In this document: positions 20,660 to 32,011 of the stretch, piece by piece
Layout of the letters: each line of letters starts with the position of its first letter
Position numbering within the stretch: the stretch's first letter is position 1
DNA from: an uncultured Candidatus Rokubacteria bacterium
GTDB taxonomy: Bacteria > Methylomirabilota > Methylomirabilia > Rokubacteriales > CSP1-6
Assembly: GCA_963758635.1 (NCBI GenBank)
Contig: CAVWWD010000004.1
Coordinates: 311,384-375,383, forward strand
Reading direction: 5' to 3'
DNA: 64,000 bases
Program-made: the position numbers and the translations under genes
The notes under the pieces: generated by a model
Seen by the model: the letters and a program-made list of their open reading frames with translations, nothing else
Database searches by the model: none
Told to the model about the DNA's origin: nothing

Positions 20660-21154
20660 TCAGAAGTACGCGAGTAGCCTCCCGCAGCTCACCGCGCCCG
20701 TCCAGCACACCAGCGAGATCGCGGCGGCCAGCCTGGCGCGGGCCGGGGCGTCCACGCCGGTGTCCCACGCGGCGACGCCGCGGAACGGCCAGCGGTCGAA
20801 CGCGGCGGCGTTCAGCACGGCGACCAGGATCAGCACGAGCTTGAGGCGGAACGCCGGGTTGTCCGCGAACTCGGTGGCGTGGGCGGCGAACATCATCGCG
20901 CCCGTGGGCGCCACCACGCCGAAGGCGCCGCGCGCCCAGCGGAGGAGGTGACGCGCGAGGGCGCTGACCGGCAAGCCCCGGCCGAGCCCGAGCAGGCGGA
21001 GGTCGAAGAAGAATCCCGCGCCGACCACGACGATGAAGCCCAGGATGTGGAGGATCTCGACGATCGGGTAGAGCCACTGCCACTGGCGCATGGCCACGGC
21101 CAGCGCTGAGGTCTCGAGCCAGACGAGCCAGGCCGCGCCCTCCGGAGGATGCAT
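20660..21154 (-). CDS. Conserved membrane protein (DUF6644-like)
   Basis: Four hydrophobic segments; E..HILG, DLRLLG, FRLKL and GRLLAY motifs. Confidence 0.7.
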   Translation of the reverse strand: MHPPEGAAWLVWLETSALAVAMRQWQWLYPIVEILHILGFIVVVGAGFFFDLRLLGLGRGLPVSALARHLLRWARGAFGVVAPTGAMMFAAHATEFADNPAFRLKLVLILVAVLNAAAFDRWPFRGVAAWDTGVDAPARARLAAAISLVCWTGAVSCGRLLAYF

Positions 21155-21185
21155 CAGGGCGCCGGCCGCCGGGCCCGGCGGCCGG

Positions 21186-21542
21186 TCATCGGAGCTCGGT
21201 GGTCTTGCCGTCGATCGTGATCCGCTCGGCCCGGAGCTCGTCGCCGTCGGTGCGGTGCGGGTAGCCGACCACGGTGGCCGTCACGCCCGCCTTCAGCATC
21301 GCCCGGGGCAGCCCGCGGTTCTCCATGCGGGTGGGCGGCGCCAGCACCACGACCCAGAGCTTGCCGGGCGTCTGGAGCTTCACGTAGCCATGCGGGTGCT
21401 CGTAGCCCGCCTCGGCGATGGAGCCGGAGAGCGTCATCTCCCGCGCGGCGTCGTAGCTGCTCCACCCGTGGTGGGCCGCCGCGGCGCCGGCGAGCGCGAG
21501 GAGAGAGGCGGCGAGCGCGGAGACGAGCACGGCGTGTCGCAT
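21186..21542 (-). CDS. Secreted protein (DUF6152-like)
   Basis: Signal peptide followed by AHHGWSSYD and HPH. Confidence 0.7.
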   Translation of the reverse strand: MRHAVLVSALAASLLALAGAAAAHHGWSSYDAAREMTLSGSIAEAGYEHPHGYVKLQTPGKLWVVVLAPPTRMENRGLPRAMLKAGVTATVVGYPHRTDGDELRAERITIDGKTTELR

Positions 21543-21653
21543 CGATTGCTCCCTTCGGCCCCCAGGATACATGGGAGCGCCGCCGGCGCCCACGGGCGGA
21601 CGGGACTGGGGCGGGACGGGGGAACCCCGTATACTCGGCGGGGCGGATCATCG

Positions 21654-22646
21654 ATGAATCCCTGGCCCATCGTCTGGACGCTGCTGCTCCTCGCCGCGAC
21701 CGTCGCCGCTCCCGCGCCGGCCGACGCGCAGAGCCCGCGCGTGTACCGCATCGGGGTCATCGCCAACGCGCTCGAGACCGCGGACGGGCCGAACTTCGAG
21801 GCGTTCCTGGCCGGCCTCGCCAAGCTGGGCTACATCGGGGACAAGAACCTCGACATCGTGTGGCGCTCCTCGGAGGGCGACTTCGAGGCGCTCCCTGGCC
21901 TGGCCGCCGACCTCGTCCGCTCGAAGGTGGACCTGATCGTGGCGACCTCGCTCCAGCCCGCGCGGGCCGCCGCCGCCGCGACCAAGACGATCCCCATCGT
22001 GTTCGTGGTCGGCGCCGATCCGGTCGCGCACGGCCTGGTCGCAAACGTCGGGCGCCCGGGGGGCAACGTTACCGGCTTCGCCACGTACCAGCCCGTGGAG
22101 CTCGGCAGCCGGGTGGTCCAGCTCCTCCGCGAGGTCTCCCCCGGCCTGTCCCGCCTGGCCGTGCTCACGAACCCGTCGAACCCGGTGCATCGCGAGCTGA
22201 TGTCGCAGCCGCTCGCCACCGCCGCGCAGAAGGCGGCGATGACGCTGGTCCCGCTGGAGATCCGCGCGCTCAACGAGCTGCCGGGCGCCTTCGAGATGGC
22301 GACCCGCGAGCGCGCCCAGGCGCTCTACGTGCTCGGCGACATCCTCGCGTTCATCTACCGGACGCGCATCGTGGACCTCGCCGCGCGCAACCGGCTCCCC
22401 GCGATCTACTCGTCGCGGCGGGCGGTGGAGGTGGGCGGGCTCATGTCCTACGGCCCGGACCTGCGCGACCTGTTCCGGCGCGCGGCGGTCTACGCGGATC
22501 GGATCCTCAAGGGCGCGCGGCCGGGAGAGCTGGCGGTGGAGCAGCCCACGAAGTTCGAGCTGGCGGTGAACCTCAAGACGGCGCGGGCGCTCGGGATCAC
22601 CATCCCCGAGTCGGTCCGGCGCCGCGCCGATCACGTCATCCAGTAG
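21654..22646 (+). CDS. Orphan ABC transporter substrate-binding protein (ABC_sub_bind type)
   Basis: Signal peptide; RPGGNVTG, GGLMSYG and EQPTKFELAVNLKTA motifs. Confidence 0.88.
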   Translation: MNPWPIVWTLLLLAATVAAPAPADAQSPRVYRIGVIANALETADGPNFEAFLAGLAKLGYIGDKNLDIVWRSSEGDFEALPGLAADLVRSKVDLIVATSLQPARAAAAATKTIPIVFVVGADPVAHGLVANVGRPGGNVTGFATYQPVELGSRVVQLLREVSPGLSRLAVLTNPSNPVHRELMSQPLATAAQKAAMTLVPLEIRALNELPGAFEMATRERAQALYVLGDILAFIYRTRIVDLAARNRLPAIYSSRRAVEVGGLMSYGPDLRDLFRRAAVYADRILKGARPGELAVEQPTKFELAVNLKTARALGITIPESVRRRADHVIQ

Positions 22647-22673
22647 CGGCGGCCGGGAGGTAGCGGCCAGCGT

Positions 22674-25600
22674 CTAGCGGAGGCAGCGCTCGAGCAGCCG
22701 GGCGAGGTCTCCCACCATGGGCTCGGCGAGCAGCGTGGGCTCGTGGCCCCGGCAGCTCGTGGATCGCGACGCTTCCGCCGCCGAGTCCCTTCCAGCCGAG
22801 CCAGGGATCGCCGTGGTGCCGGGCGGGAAGCTCGCTCCACCGGAACAGCGTGATGGTCCCCGGGTAGACCTCTGGACGGTAGGAGCGCGCGGCCGCGATG
22901 GCGGCCGCCTCCACGCGCTCGACGGCGGCGTCGAGCGCTGACGGAATCTGCCGCCACGCCCCGATCCTCTCCCGCGCGGACGTGGCCGCGCGCCCCACGC
23001 CCATCGCCACCGCCTCGCGCATCCGGCCGAGCACGTAGCCGGGGCGCTCGGCCGGCATGCGCCGGAGCAGGTGGTCCAGCTCGAACCTCGCCCGCAGCCG
23101 TAGGTCTCGCGCGACCCTGCGGCCGCGGGGCAGCGGCGGCCGGCGATAGGTCTGGAGGAGGGCGAGCAGCGCTACCTCCTCGCCGGCCGCGACGAGCTGC
23201 CGGGCCATCTCGAAGGCCACGGTGCCGCCGAAGCAGTAGCCGGCGAGCGCGTACGGCCCGCGCGGCTGGACCGCCCGGATCTCGCCCAGGTAGTGCGCCG
23301 CCATCGCCTCGATGCTCGCGTGCGGCTCGTCGCGGCCGTCGAGCCCGCGGGCCTCGAGGCCGAACACGGGCTGGTCGGGCCCGAGGGCGTCGGCCAGCTC
23401 GCGGTAGCACAGGACGTGTCCGCCGTGCGGGTGCACGCAGAAGAGCGGCCGCTTGCCGCCGCGTGGCTGGATCGCGACCAGGCATGACCGCGGTGGCGCC
23501 CAGCCCTTCGCGCGGAGCCGCTCGGCCAGCAGCTCGACCGTGGGCGCTTCGAAGAGCGTGGCCAGCGGAAGCCGCCGGCCGGAGCGCCGCTCGATCTCGG
23601 CGAAGAGACGCGCGGCGAGGAGGGAATGGCCGCCCAGCTCGAAGAAGCTCTCGCGGATCCCCACCGGGCGCACCTGCAGCAGGGACTCCCAGATCTTCGC
23701 CAGCTCGGTCTCCACGCCGTCGCGGGGCAGCACCGAGCCGGCCGCGCAGTCGAGCGCGGGCGCAGGCAGCGCCTTCCGGTCGATCTTCCCGTTGGGTGTG
23801 AGCGGCAGGCCGTCGAGGAGCACGAGCGCCGCGGGCACCATGTAGGCCGGGAGCCGGTCCCGGAGGAACGTGGTGATCTCGGCCGTCGTGGCCGCGGCGC
23901 CCTGCGCGAGCTCGACGTAGCCGACCAGCGACGGCTGTCCGGCCACGTCTTCCCGCAGCACGACGACGCTGGCGCGCACTCCGGGATGGCGGGAGAGCGT
24001 GGCGTCGATCTCATCCAGCTCGATGCGGTGTCCGCGCAGCTTGACTTGATGGTCCAGGCGGCCCAGGAACTCGAGGCTTCCGTCCTCCAGGTAGCGCGCG
24101 AGGTCACCCGTGCGGTAGAGACGGGCACCGCCGAAGGGGTCCGGCACGAAGCGCTCCGCCTCCACGTCGCGCGCGAGTTCGCCCGTCCGGTAGAAACGGA
24201 CCGCGCCGAACGGATCGGGCACGAAACGCTCCGCGGTGCGCACGGGATCGTGGAGGTACCCGCGGCCCACGCCGACGCCAGCCACGCAGAGCTCGCCGGC
24301 CACGCCCACTGGCACCACGTCGCCGCCGCGGTCGAGGATGTAGATGCGCGTGTTCAGGATCGGCCGGCCGATCGGCACGCGTGCCGCGTCAGCGGGCGGC
24401 GCGGCCCTCACCACGTGGTGGGTCACGTCGTCCGAGCACTCCGTGGGCCCGTACGCGTTCACGAGAGGGATGGTGGGATACCGGCCGAGCCAGCGGCGGC
24501 ACAGCTCGGGCGGCAGGGCCTCGCCGGTGGCGATGAGCCAGCGCAGGCGCGCCAGATCGAGCCCGTCGGCGGCGGGCTCCTCCAGCGTGACCGCGAGCAG
24601 CGACGGGACCACCTGGAGGATCGAGACGCCCTCGCGCGCCACGAGCTCGAGGAGGCGGCGCGGATCGTGCGCCGTCTCGTCGCCGACGATGCGCGTGCAC
24701 CCGCCCACGACGAGCGCGGACAGGAATTGCCACACCGAGATGTCAAAGCACTGCGACGCGGTCTGCGCCACGGTGTCGTCCGCGGTGAGGCGCAGTGCGT
24801 CGACCTTGGCATGGAGGTGGTTGAGCATGCCGGCGTGCTCGACCATGGCGCCCTTCGGCACGCCCGTGGAGCCCGAGGTGTAGATCACGTAGGCGAGGTC
24901 CCGCGGCCCTGAGCGCGGGGGGAGGTCCGTGTCCGCGTGGCCCTCGGCGAGCGCCTCCGCCACGGTGAGGACCGCTGGCCGCGGCCCGTCGGGAAGCGAC
25001 GCGAGGGCGCGATCGATCGCGGGGCGGAGGTCCGGCGCGACGATCACCAGGCTCGCTCGGCTCTGGCCCAGCACCTCGGCGAGACGGCCCGCCGGATGCC
25101 GGGGATCCAGGGGGAGGTACGCGCCGCCCGCCTTCCAGACGCCGAGGATGGCCAGCAAGAGGTCGTTGTCGCGCTCGCCAAGGAGCGCCACCACCCGATC
25201 TGGACCGATCCCGCGCTCGACCAGCGCCCGCCCCAGGCGGTTCGCGCGCGCGTTCAGCTCGGCGTACGCGAGCGACTCGCGGTCGTCCACGGCGGCCACC
25301 ACGGTGGGCGTCCGCGCCGCCCACTCCGCCAGGATCTCCGGGACGCGGCGGTCGAGGGCCACGCGTCGATCGGTGGCGTTCCACTCCTCCACCAGGCGGC
25401 GGCGCTCGGACGCGTCGAGCAGTGGCAGCGACGACACCGTGCGGCTCGGGTCGGCGACCAGGCCCTCGACGAGGCGCCGGAAGCGCGTGGCGAGCCGCGC
25501 GATGCTCGGGCGATCGAACAGGTCCGTGCTGAACTCGAAGGCGCAGTCGAAGCCGTCCTCCGTGTCGGCCACGTCCACGATGAGGTCGAAAGGCACGGTG

Positions 25601-28504
25601 CCCCACTCCACGTCGGCCTCGCCGACCGCGACCCCCGCCATCTCGTGCGCGCGACGCCGCTCGCCACGGTAGTTGATCACCACCTGGAAGATCGGCGTTC
25701 GGCTCGGGTCGCGCGAGGGCTGCACTGCCTCCACGATCTTCTCGAACGGCACGCCCTGGTGCGCGAAGGCGCCGAGCGCGGACTCCCGCACGCGCCCGAG
25801 CAGCTCGAGGCCGGTGGGATCGCCGCCCAGGTCGGTGCGGATCGGGAGGAGGTTCATGAAGCACCCGATCAGGCCTTCCACCTCCGACACGGCGCGTCCG
25901 GCCACCAGCGTCCCGACGATCACGTCGTCCTGGCCCGCGTAGCGACCCACGAGCGCCTGGAGCGCGGCGGTGAGCGTCATGAAGGCCGTGACGCCTTCGC
26001 GGACGCTTGCCGCGCGGACGCGGGCGCTCAGCTCGCGGCCCAGCCGGAGCCGCTCGCGCGCGCCGGAGAACGTCTGCGACGGGGGGGCGGCGCCGGTCCG
26101 TCGGGAGCTCCGCCCCCGCGCACCCGGCGAGCTGCGCGCGCCAGTACGCGAGGCCGTCGGCGAGCGTTGCGTCGTCCTGCGACCGCCGCTGCCACCGCGC
26201 GAAGTCGCCGTACTGCACGGGCAGAGGGGGAAGCGCCTGCGCCGCCCGCTCGGTCAGGCTCCGGTAGCCCGAGACGAGCTCCTCGACGAAGACGCCGTGC
26301 GACCAGCCGTCGAAGACGCTGTGATGGACCACCACGACCAGCACGTGCTGGCGCTCGTCCACGCAGAGGAGCAGGGCCCGGAGGAGCGGTCCCTGGGCGA
26401 GGTCGAAGGGCCGGCGCGCCTCGGCCGCGGCGAGCTCGTGCGCGCGGGCCATCCGCTCGCTCGCGGGCAGGCCGGAGAGGTCCCGCACCGGCAGCTCGAC
26501 CTCCAGCGTGTCCAGCACTGTCGGGACGGGAAGCCCGTCGATCATGGGGAACGTCGTGCGCAGCGCCTCGTGCCGGCGGACGATGCTCGACAGCGCGCCG
26601 GCGAGCGCCGCCACGTCGAGCGCCCCGCCGAGAGTGAGGGCCATCGGGCGGTTGTGGACGGGACTCTCGGGGGCGAGCTGATGCAGGAACCACAGGCGCT
26701 CCTGGGAGAAGGACAGCGGGGCGGGGCCGGCCTCGGCCGCGAGAGCCGCGACGGGGCCGCGCGCGCCCGCCGCCGTGGACCTGTCCAGGTCCGCGGCCAG
26801 GGCGGCCACGGTGCGCGCCACGAACACCTGCACCAGCGGCAGATCGACCGAGAGCGCCGACCGGATCCGCGCGGCGAGCTGCGCCGCGCGCAGGGAGTCG
26901 GCGCCGAGCTCGAAGAGATCGTCGTCCACACCGACGTCCGGGACGCGAAGCACGTCGGTAGCGAGCGCGACCAGGCGGGCCTCGAGCGGCGTCCGCGGGG
27001 CGGCCCGCGCCGCGGTTCGACCGGCGGCGCCCAGCGTGTCCGCGAGCGCGCGGCGCTGGACCTTGCCGGTGGACCCGGCGGGAAGGGCGTCGAGGACGTG
27101 GATGGGCCCCGGCACCTTGAAGGCGGCGAGCCGCTCGGCCACGAAGCGCCGCAGCTCCTCGGCGCGCACGCTCCGGCCGCTCCGGAGGACCACCGCGGCG
27201 GCCACGTCCTCGCCCAGCGTGGGATGCGGCACGCCGAACGCCGCGGCCTGCGCGACCGCGGGATGCTCGGCGAGGGCCTCGTCCACCTCGCGCGGCGAGA
27301 TCTTCTCGCCGCCCCGGTTGATCAGCTCCTTGAGGCGCCCGGTGATGAACACGTAGCCGTCGGCGTCGCGGAGCCCGAGGTCGCCCGTGCGGAGCCAGCC
27401 ATCGGGGTCGCTGGCGGCGACGTTGTCGCCGCCTGATGGCGATCTCGCCGGTCTCGCCCGCGGGCGAGCCGGCGCCCGTGCTCGTCCAGCACGGCGACCT
27501 CGGTGCCGACCGGCGAGGCCCACCGATCCCGGCTTTCGCGCGGCCGGGCGGCAGCGGGTTGCTGGCGATCTGGTGCGTCGCCTCCGTCATCCCGTACGCC
27601 TCGATCACCGGCACCCCGAAGGCCTCCTCCAGCTCGGCGGCCACGGCGGGCGCGAGCGCGGCCGAGGCAGGAACGGATGAGCCGCAACGACCCGCGCGCG
27701 GCGCCCGGGCCGCGTCGCCCGAGCTCGTCCAGCACGGCGCGGTGGATGGTGGGCACGGCGGAGTACCAGGTCGGACGGTGGTCGGCGAGCGCGTCGAAGA
27801 ATCCCGCCGCGCTGAACGGCCCCGGACACACGATGCCGCCTCCCGCACGGAGCGCGGCGAGGGTGACCATGATCCCGTGGATGTGGAAGAGCGGCATCAC
27901 GGTGAGGCCGCGATCGGACTCGTCGAGCGCGAGCGCGGCAGCGATGTTGCGGCACGACGCGGCCAGGCTGGCGCGCGTCAGAGCGATGAGCTTCGGCCGC
28001 CCGGTGGTGCCGGAGGTGTGCAGGAGGATCGCGGCGCGCTCCGGCGCCGGCCGTCGCGGTGTGGGCCGCGTGTCCGCGTGGAGCGTGAGGCCGCCGGCGC
28101 GCGCGCCCGGCGACATCTCGATCAGGGCGATCCCGCGTGAGCGCGCGACCTCGCGCGCCGCGGACACGACGCCCGTCTCCACCACGATCGCGCTCGGGTC
28201 GAGGTCGGCGAGGAGGAGGTCCAGCTCTCCGGCCCGGAGCGCGGGATTGAGCGGCGCGCAGGCCGCGTGGGTGGTGAGCGCGACGAGCGCCACCGCCGTC
28301 TCCGGGGACTGGCCGCCCACCAGGGCCACCGTGTGCTCCGGCCCCACGCCCGAGCGCCTCGAGGGTCGCCCCGGCCTGCCGGACCTCGCGCCGCAGGTCC
28401 TCGTGGGTGAGGGGAGCGCGTCCAGACGCCGAGACCGCGACCACGTCGAGATGCCGGCGCAGGCTCTCGTTCGGTCGATCGACAATGGAGATGGTGGAAC
28501 GCAT
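22674..28504 (-). CDS. Stand-alone NRPS: acyl-CoA-ligase-like A, T, C, A, T, TE; split by several frameshifts, ends approximate
   Basis: LHTSGTTGRPK, EAYGMTE, GWLRTGD, LGADSL (T1), HHSVFDGWS (C), YTSGSTGVPKG, NAYGPTE, LGGHSL (T2) and GYCFGG (TE), stitched across ORFs 27605-28504, 27322-28668, 26028-27848, 24743-27523 and 22636-25980. Confidence 0.88.
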
Positions 28505-28780
28505 CGGGAATCGGTGACCCGATGTTCAAGCAAGTTCCAAGCCAGCTGAGGACGCGTTGTCCGGAGCGGAGTTTGAGAGGCGCGGTCTGTGGGCCCGCAC
28601 CGGGGTCTGTAAAGAGTCACGACGGTCAGCCCCGCCTGCGCCACCGGTCGTCGTAGGGAGGCCCCCACGAGCGGGGCCGATGTGCTCCGGAGCGGCCTCG
28701 AATTGCACGGCCACGCGCGCTTCTGATACGGTAGGCCTGCGCCGCGCCCTCGAATGGCCCGCGCCCCAGGAGCCGCCGCG

Positions 28781-29925
28781 ATGAAGAAGTACTACCTGAT
28801 GGCGCCCGGTCCCACGCCCGTGCCCGAGCGACGTGCTGCTCGCGATGGCGCAGCCGATGATCCACCATCGCACGCCGGAGTACGAGGCGCTCTCGCTGGA
28901 CGTGCGCGCCGGGCTCAAGCGGCTCTTCCAGACCACGCCAGGACGTGCTCCCGTTCGCGTGCTCGGGCACCGGCGCCATGGAGGCGGCGGTCGCGAACAC
29001 CCTCTCGCCCGGCGACACCGCCATCGTGCTCCACGCCGGCAAGTTCGCCGAGCGCTGGGAGGAGATCTGCCGCGCCTACGGCGTCCAGGTCGTGGCCGTC
29101 GCGGCGCCCTTCGGCGAGACGGTGCCCGCGCCGCGGATCGACGAGGCCCTGCGCCAGCACCGGGGCGCGCGCGCCGTGCTCATGCAGCAGAGCGAGTCCT
29201 CCACCGGCGTGCTCCACGACGTGCAGGCCGTCGCCGCGGTCACGCGCGGCACCGACGCCATCCTCGTGGTGGACGCGGTGTCGAGCCTCGGCATCGCCGA
29301 TCTCCAGATGGACGCGTGGGGCGTGGACGTGGTGGTCTCCGGATCGCAGAAGGGCCTCATGCTGCCGCCCGGCGTCGCGTTCTGCGCCGTGTCCGAGAAG
29401 GCGTGGGGTCACGTGAAGAGCGCCAGGCTGCCGCGCTACTACTTCGACTTCCTCGCCGAGAAGAAGTCGACCGATCGCGGCGAGCCGCGCTTCACGCCCG
29501 CGGTGGGCATCATGCTCGGGCTCCGCGAGGTCTTCCGGATGCTGGAGGCCGAGGGGCTGCCCGCCGTGTTCCGCCGTCACGACCGCCTCGCGCGCGCCAC
29601 GCGCGCCGGCGTCCGTGGCCTCGGCCTCGAGGTGTTCGCGCGGGCCACGCCGAGCCCGGCCCTCACCGCGGCGGTGGCGCCGCCGGCCGTGGACAGCGAG
29701 AAGATCCTCGCCACGTACGGCAGCTCGCACAACATCACGATCGCGGGCGGCCAGGGCGAGATGAAGGGGCGGGTCTTCCGCCTCGGCCACATGGGCTACG
29801 TCGGCGACTTCGACGTCATCACGGCGCTGGCCGCCCTGGAGCAGGTCCTGGACGAGCTCGGCCACCCGGTCGAGTGGGGCGCCGCGGTGCGCGCCGCCCA
29901 GCAGGTCTTCGCGGAGCGCGCCTGA
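28781..29925 (+). CDS. Class V aminotransferase (alanine-glyoxylate/serine-pyruvate type); frameshifts near 28830 and 28940
   Basis: MKKYYLMAPGPTPVP, SGTGAME, VDAVSS, SGSQKG and FRLGHMG motifs. Confidence 0.88.
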
Positions 29926-29977
29926 CGGCCGGCCGCGGCCGCTCGAGCGCCCCCCAAGAAACCATGAGCCGCCGGAC

Positions 29978-30604
29978 ATGGGCCTGAGACTGTTCCTCGT
30001 CCGTCACGCCGAGACCGCGTGGAATCGCGAGCGCCGCTACCAGGGCTGGGCGGACACGCCGCTGTCCGAGACCGGCCGCGGCCAGGCCGAGGCCGTCGCC
30101 CGCGCCCTCGGCGCGCAGTCGCTCGCCGCCGTCTACTCGAGCCCGCTCCAGCGCGCCCGCGACACCGCGGTGGCGATCGCCCGGGCGCAGGGCCACGCCG
30201 TCCGCTCCGAGGCGGCGTTCAAGGAGATGGGCTTCGGCCGCTGGGAGGGCCTCACCGTGGACGAGGCGCGCGCCCTCGATCCCGGGCTCTACCAGGCCTG
30301 GCTCGATTCGCCGGTGAAGATCACCCCGCCCGGCGCGGAGAGCCTGGACGCCGTGCGGGCCCGCGTGCTCGCCGGCCTGGAGGCGGTGCGCGCCGAGCAC
30401 GACGAGAAGTCGGTGTGCCTGGTGACCCACGCCGTGGTCGCGCGCGTGCTGATCCTGGAGGCCCTCGGGCTGCCGCTCGATCGCCTGTGGACGCTCACCG
30501 TGTCCGCCACCGGCATCTCGGAGCTCGAGTTCCGGCCCGACTGGACGGCCGTCCATCGCATGAACACGCGCGTGCACCTGGACGCGCTGCCCGGGAGCCG
30601 CTGA
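29978..30604 (+). CDS. Histidine phosphatase family protein (phosphoserine phosphatase/CobC-like)
   Basis: LVRHAET, SSPLQRA, FGRWEG and VTH motifs. Confidence 0.88.
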   Translation: MGLRLFLVRHAETAWNRERRYQGWADTPLSETGRGQAEAVARALGAQSLAAVYSSPLQRARDTAVAIARAQGHAVRSEAAFKEMGFGRWEGLTVDEARALDPGLYQAWLDSPVKITPPGAESLDAVRARVLAGLEAVRAEHDEKSVCLVTHAVVARVLILEALGLPLDRLWTLTVSATGISELEFRPDWTAVHRMNTRVHLDALPGSR

Positions 30605-30690
30605 TGACTCTCGCAAGATCGGGCCGTCGGCGCTGGCCTCGTGAACTCAGCCCCTCTTACGTTGCTCAATTGCGCGGGGCTCATTGACCC

Positions 30691-32011
30691 ATGGACCGGC
30701 GGCCGCAGCAGACGCAGCTCCCGCGGGGCGTGAAGCTCTACCTGCCCGACGAGGCGGCGCAGAAGCGCGCGGTCGAGGAGCGGCTCCTCGGCGTGTTCCG
30801 GCGCTGGGGCTACCGCGAGGTGGTCACGCCCGCCTACGAGTACTTCGACGTGCTCTCGCTCGGCACCGATCACGACCTGCAGGAGCAGATGTTCAAGATG
30901 GTGGACCGCGAGAGCGGGCGGCTCCTCGCGCTCCGCGCCGACGTGACGCCGCAGATCGCGCGGATCGTGGCCACCCGCCTGCGCGACGAGCCGCGGCCGC
31001 TGCGCCTGGCCTACGTGGCCAACGTGTTCCGTTACGACGATCCGCAGGTGGGGCGATACCGGGAGTTCTACCAGGCCGGGGTCGAGCTGATCGGGCTGCC
31101 GAACCCCGAGGCCGACGCCGAGATGATCGCGATGACGGTGGAGGGGCTGCGCGCCCTCGGCCTCGAGGACTTCCAGCTCGACGTGGGCCAGACCGACTTC
31201 GTCCGCGGGATCCTCGAGGACCTGGGCGCGGCCGAGCCCACGGCGCGGCGGCTGCGCTCGGCGCTGGCCCGCAAGGACGTGTCGGCGCTGGAGCGCGACG
31301 TGGCCGAGCTGGCCGCGCCCGCCGCCGTCACCGATCTGCTGCTCGCGCTGCCCACCCTCTACGGCCGCGGCGACGTGCTGGAGCGCGCGGAGCGGCTGGT
31401 CAAGAGCGCGCGCTCGGAGGCGGCGCTGGCGAACCTCGCCGAGGTCTACCGCCTGCTGCGGCTCTACGGCCTCGCCGACTCCGTGCTCCTCGACCTGGGC
31501 GAGGTGCGCGGGTTCGACTACTACTCGGGCCTGCACTTCGAGGCCTACGTGGCCGGCCTCGGCGCATCGCTCGCGGGCGGCGGGCGCTACGACCACATGC
31601 TGGGGCGGTTCGGGTACGACTGTCCGGCCACGGGCTTCGCGTTCGAGGTGGGCCGCGCGCTGCTCGCCATGGAGTCGCGCGGCGTGGTGGCGCCGGTGCC
31701 GCGGCCGGACTTCTTCGTGATCGACTTCACGCCGGACAAGACGCGGGCGCTCGCGCTGGCCCGCCGCTACCGCGACCTCGGCGCCGCGGTGGCGCGCGAT
31801 ATCATCGGCCGCGGGCTCGACGACTCGCTGGCCCACGCGCGGCAGCAGCGGGCGCGCTGGGCGCTGGTCATCGGCGCGGCCGGCGGGGATCCGGACCAGG
31901 TCCGCGTGCTCGACCTCGAGACGGGGGTCGAGCGAACCCAGGCGGTCTCCGGCGCTCCTCGCGGAGCCGGAGCGACACTTCACGGTCTTTGGAGGGACGG
32001 AGCATGCCTAA
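30691..32011 (+). CDS. hisZ: ATP phosphoribosyltransferase regulatory subunit HisZ; likely frameshift near 31950 with true stop TAA 32009-32011
   Basis: HisRS-like LRADVTPQIAR, REFYQAGVELIG and GGGRYD motifs; directly upstream of purA. Confidence 0.85.
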
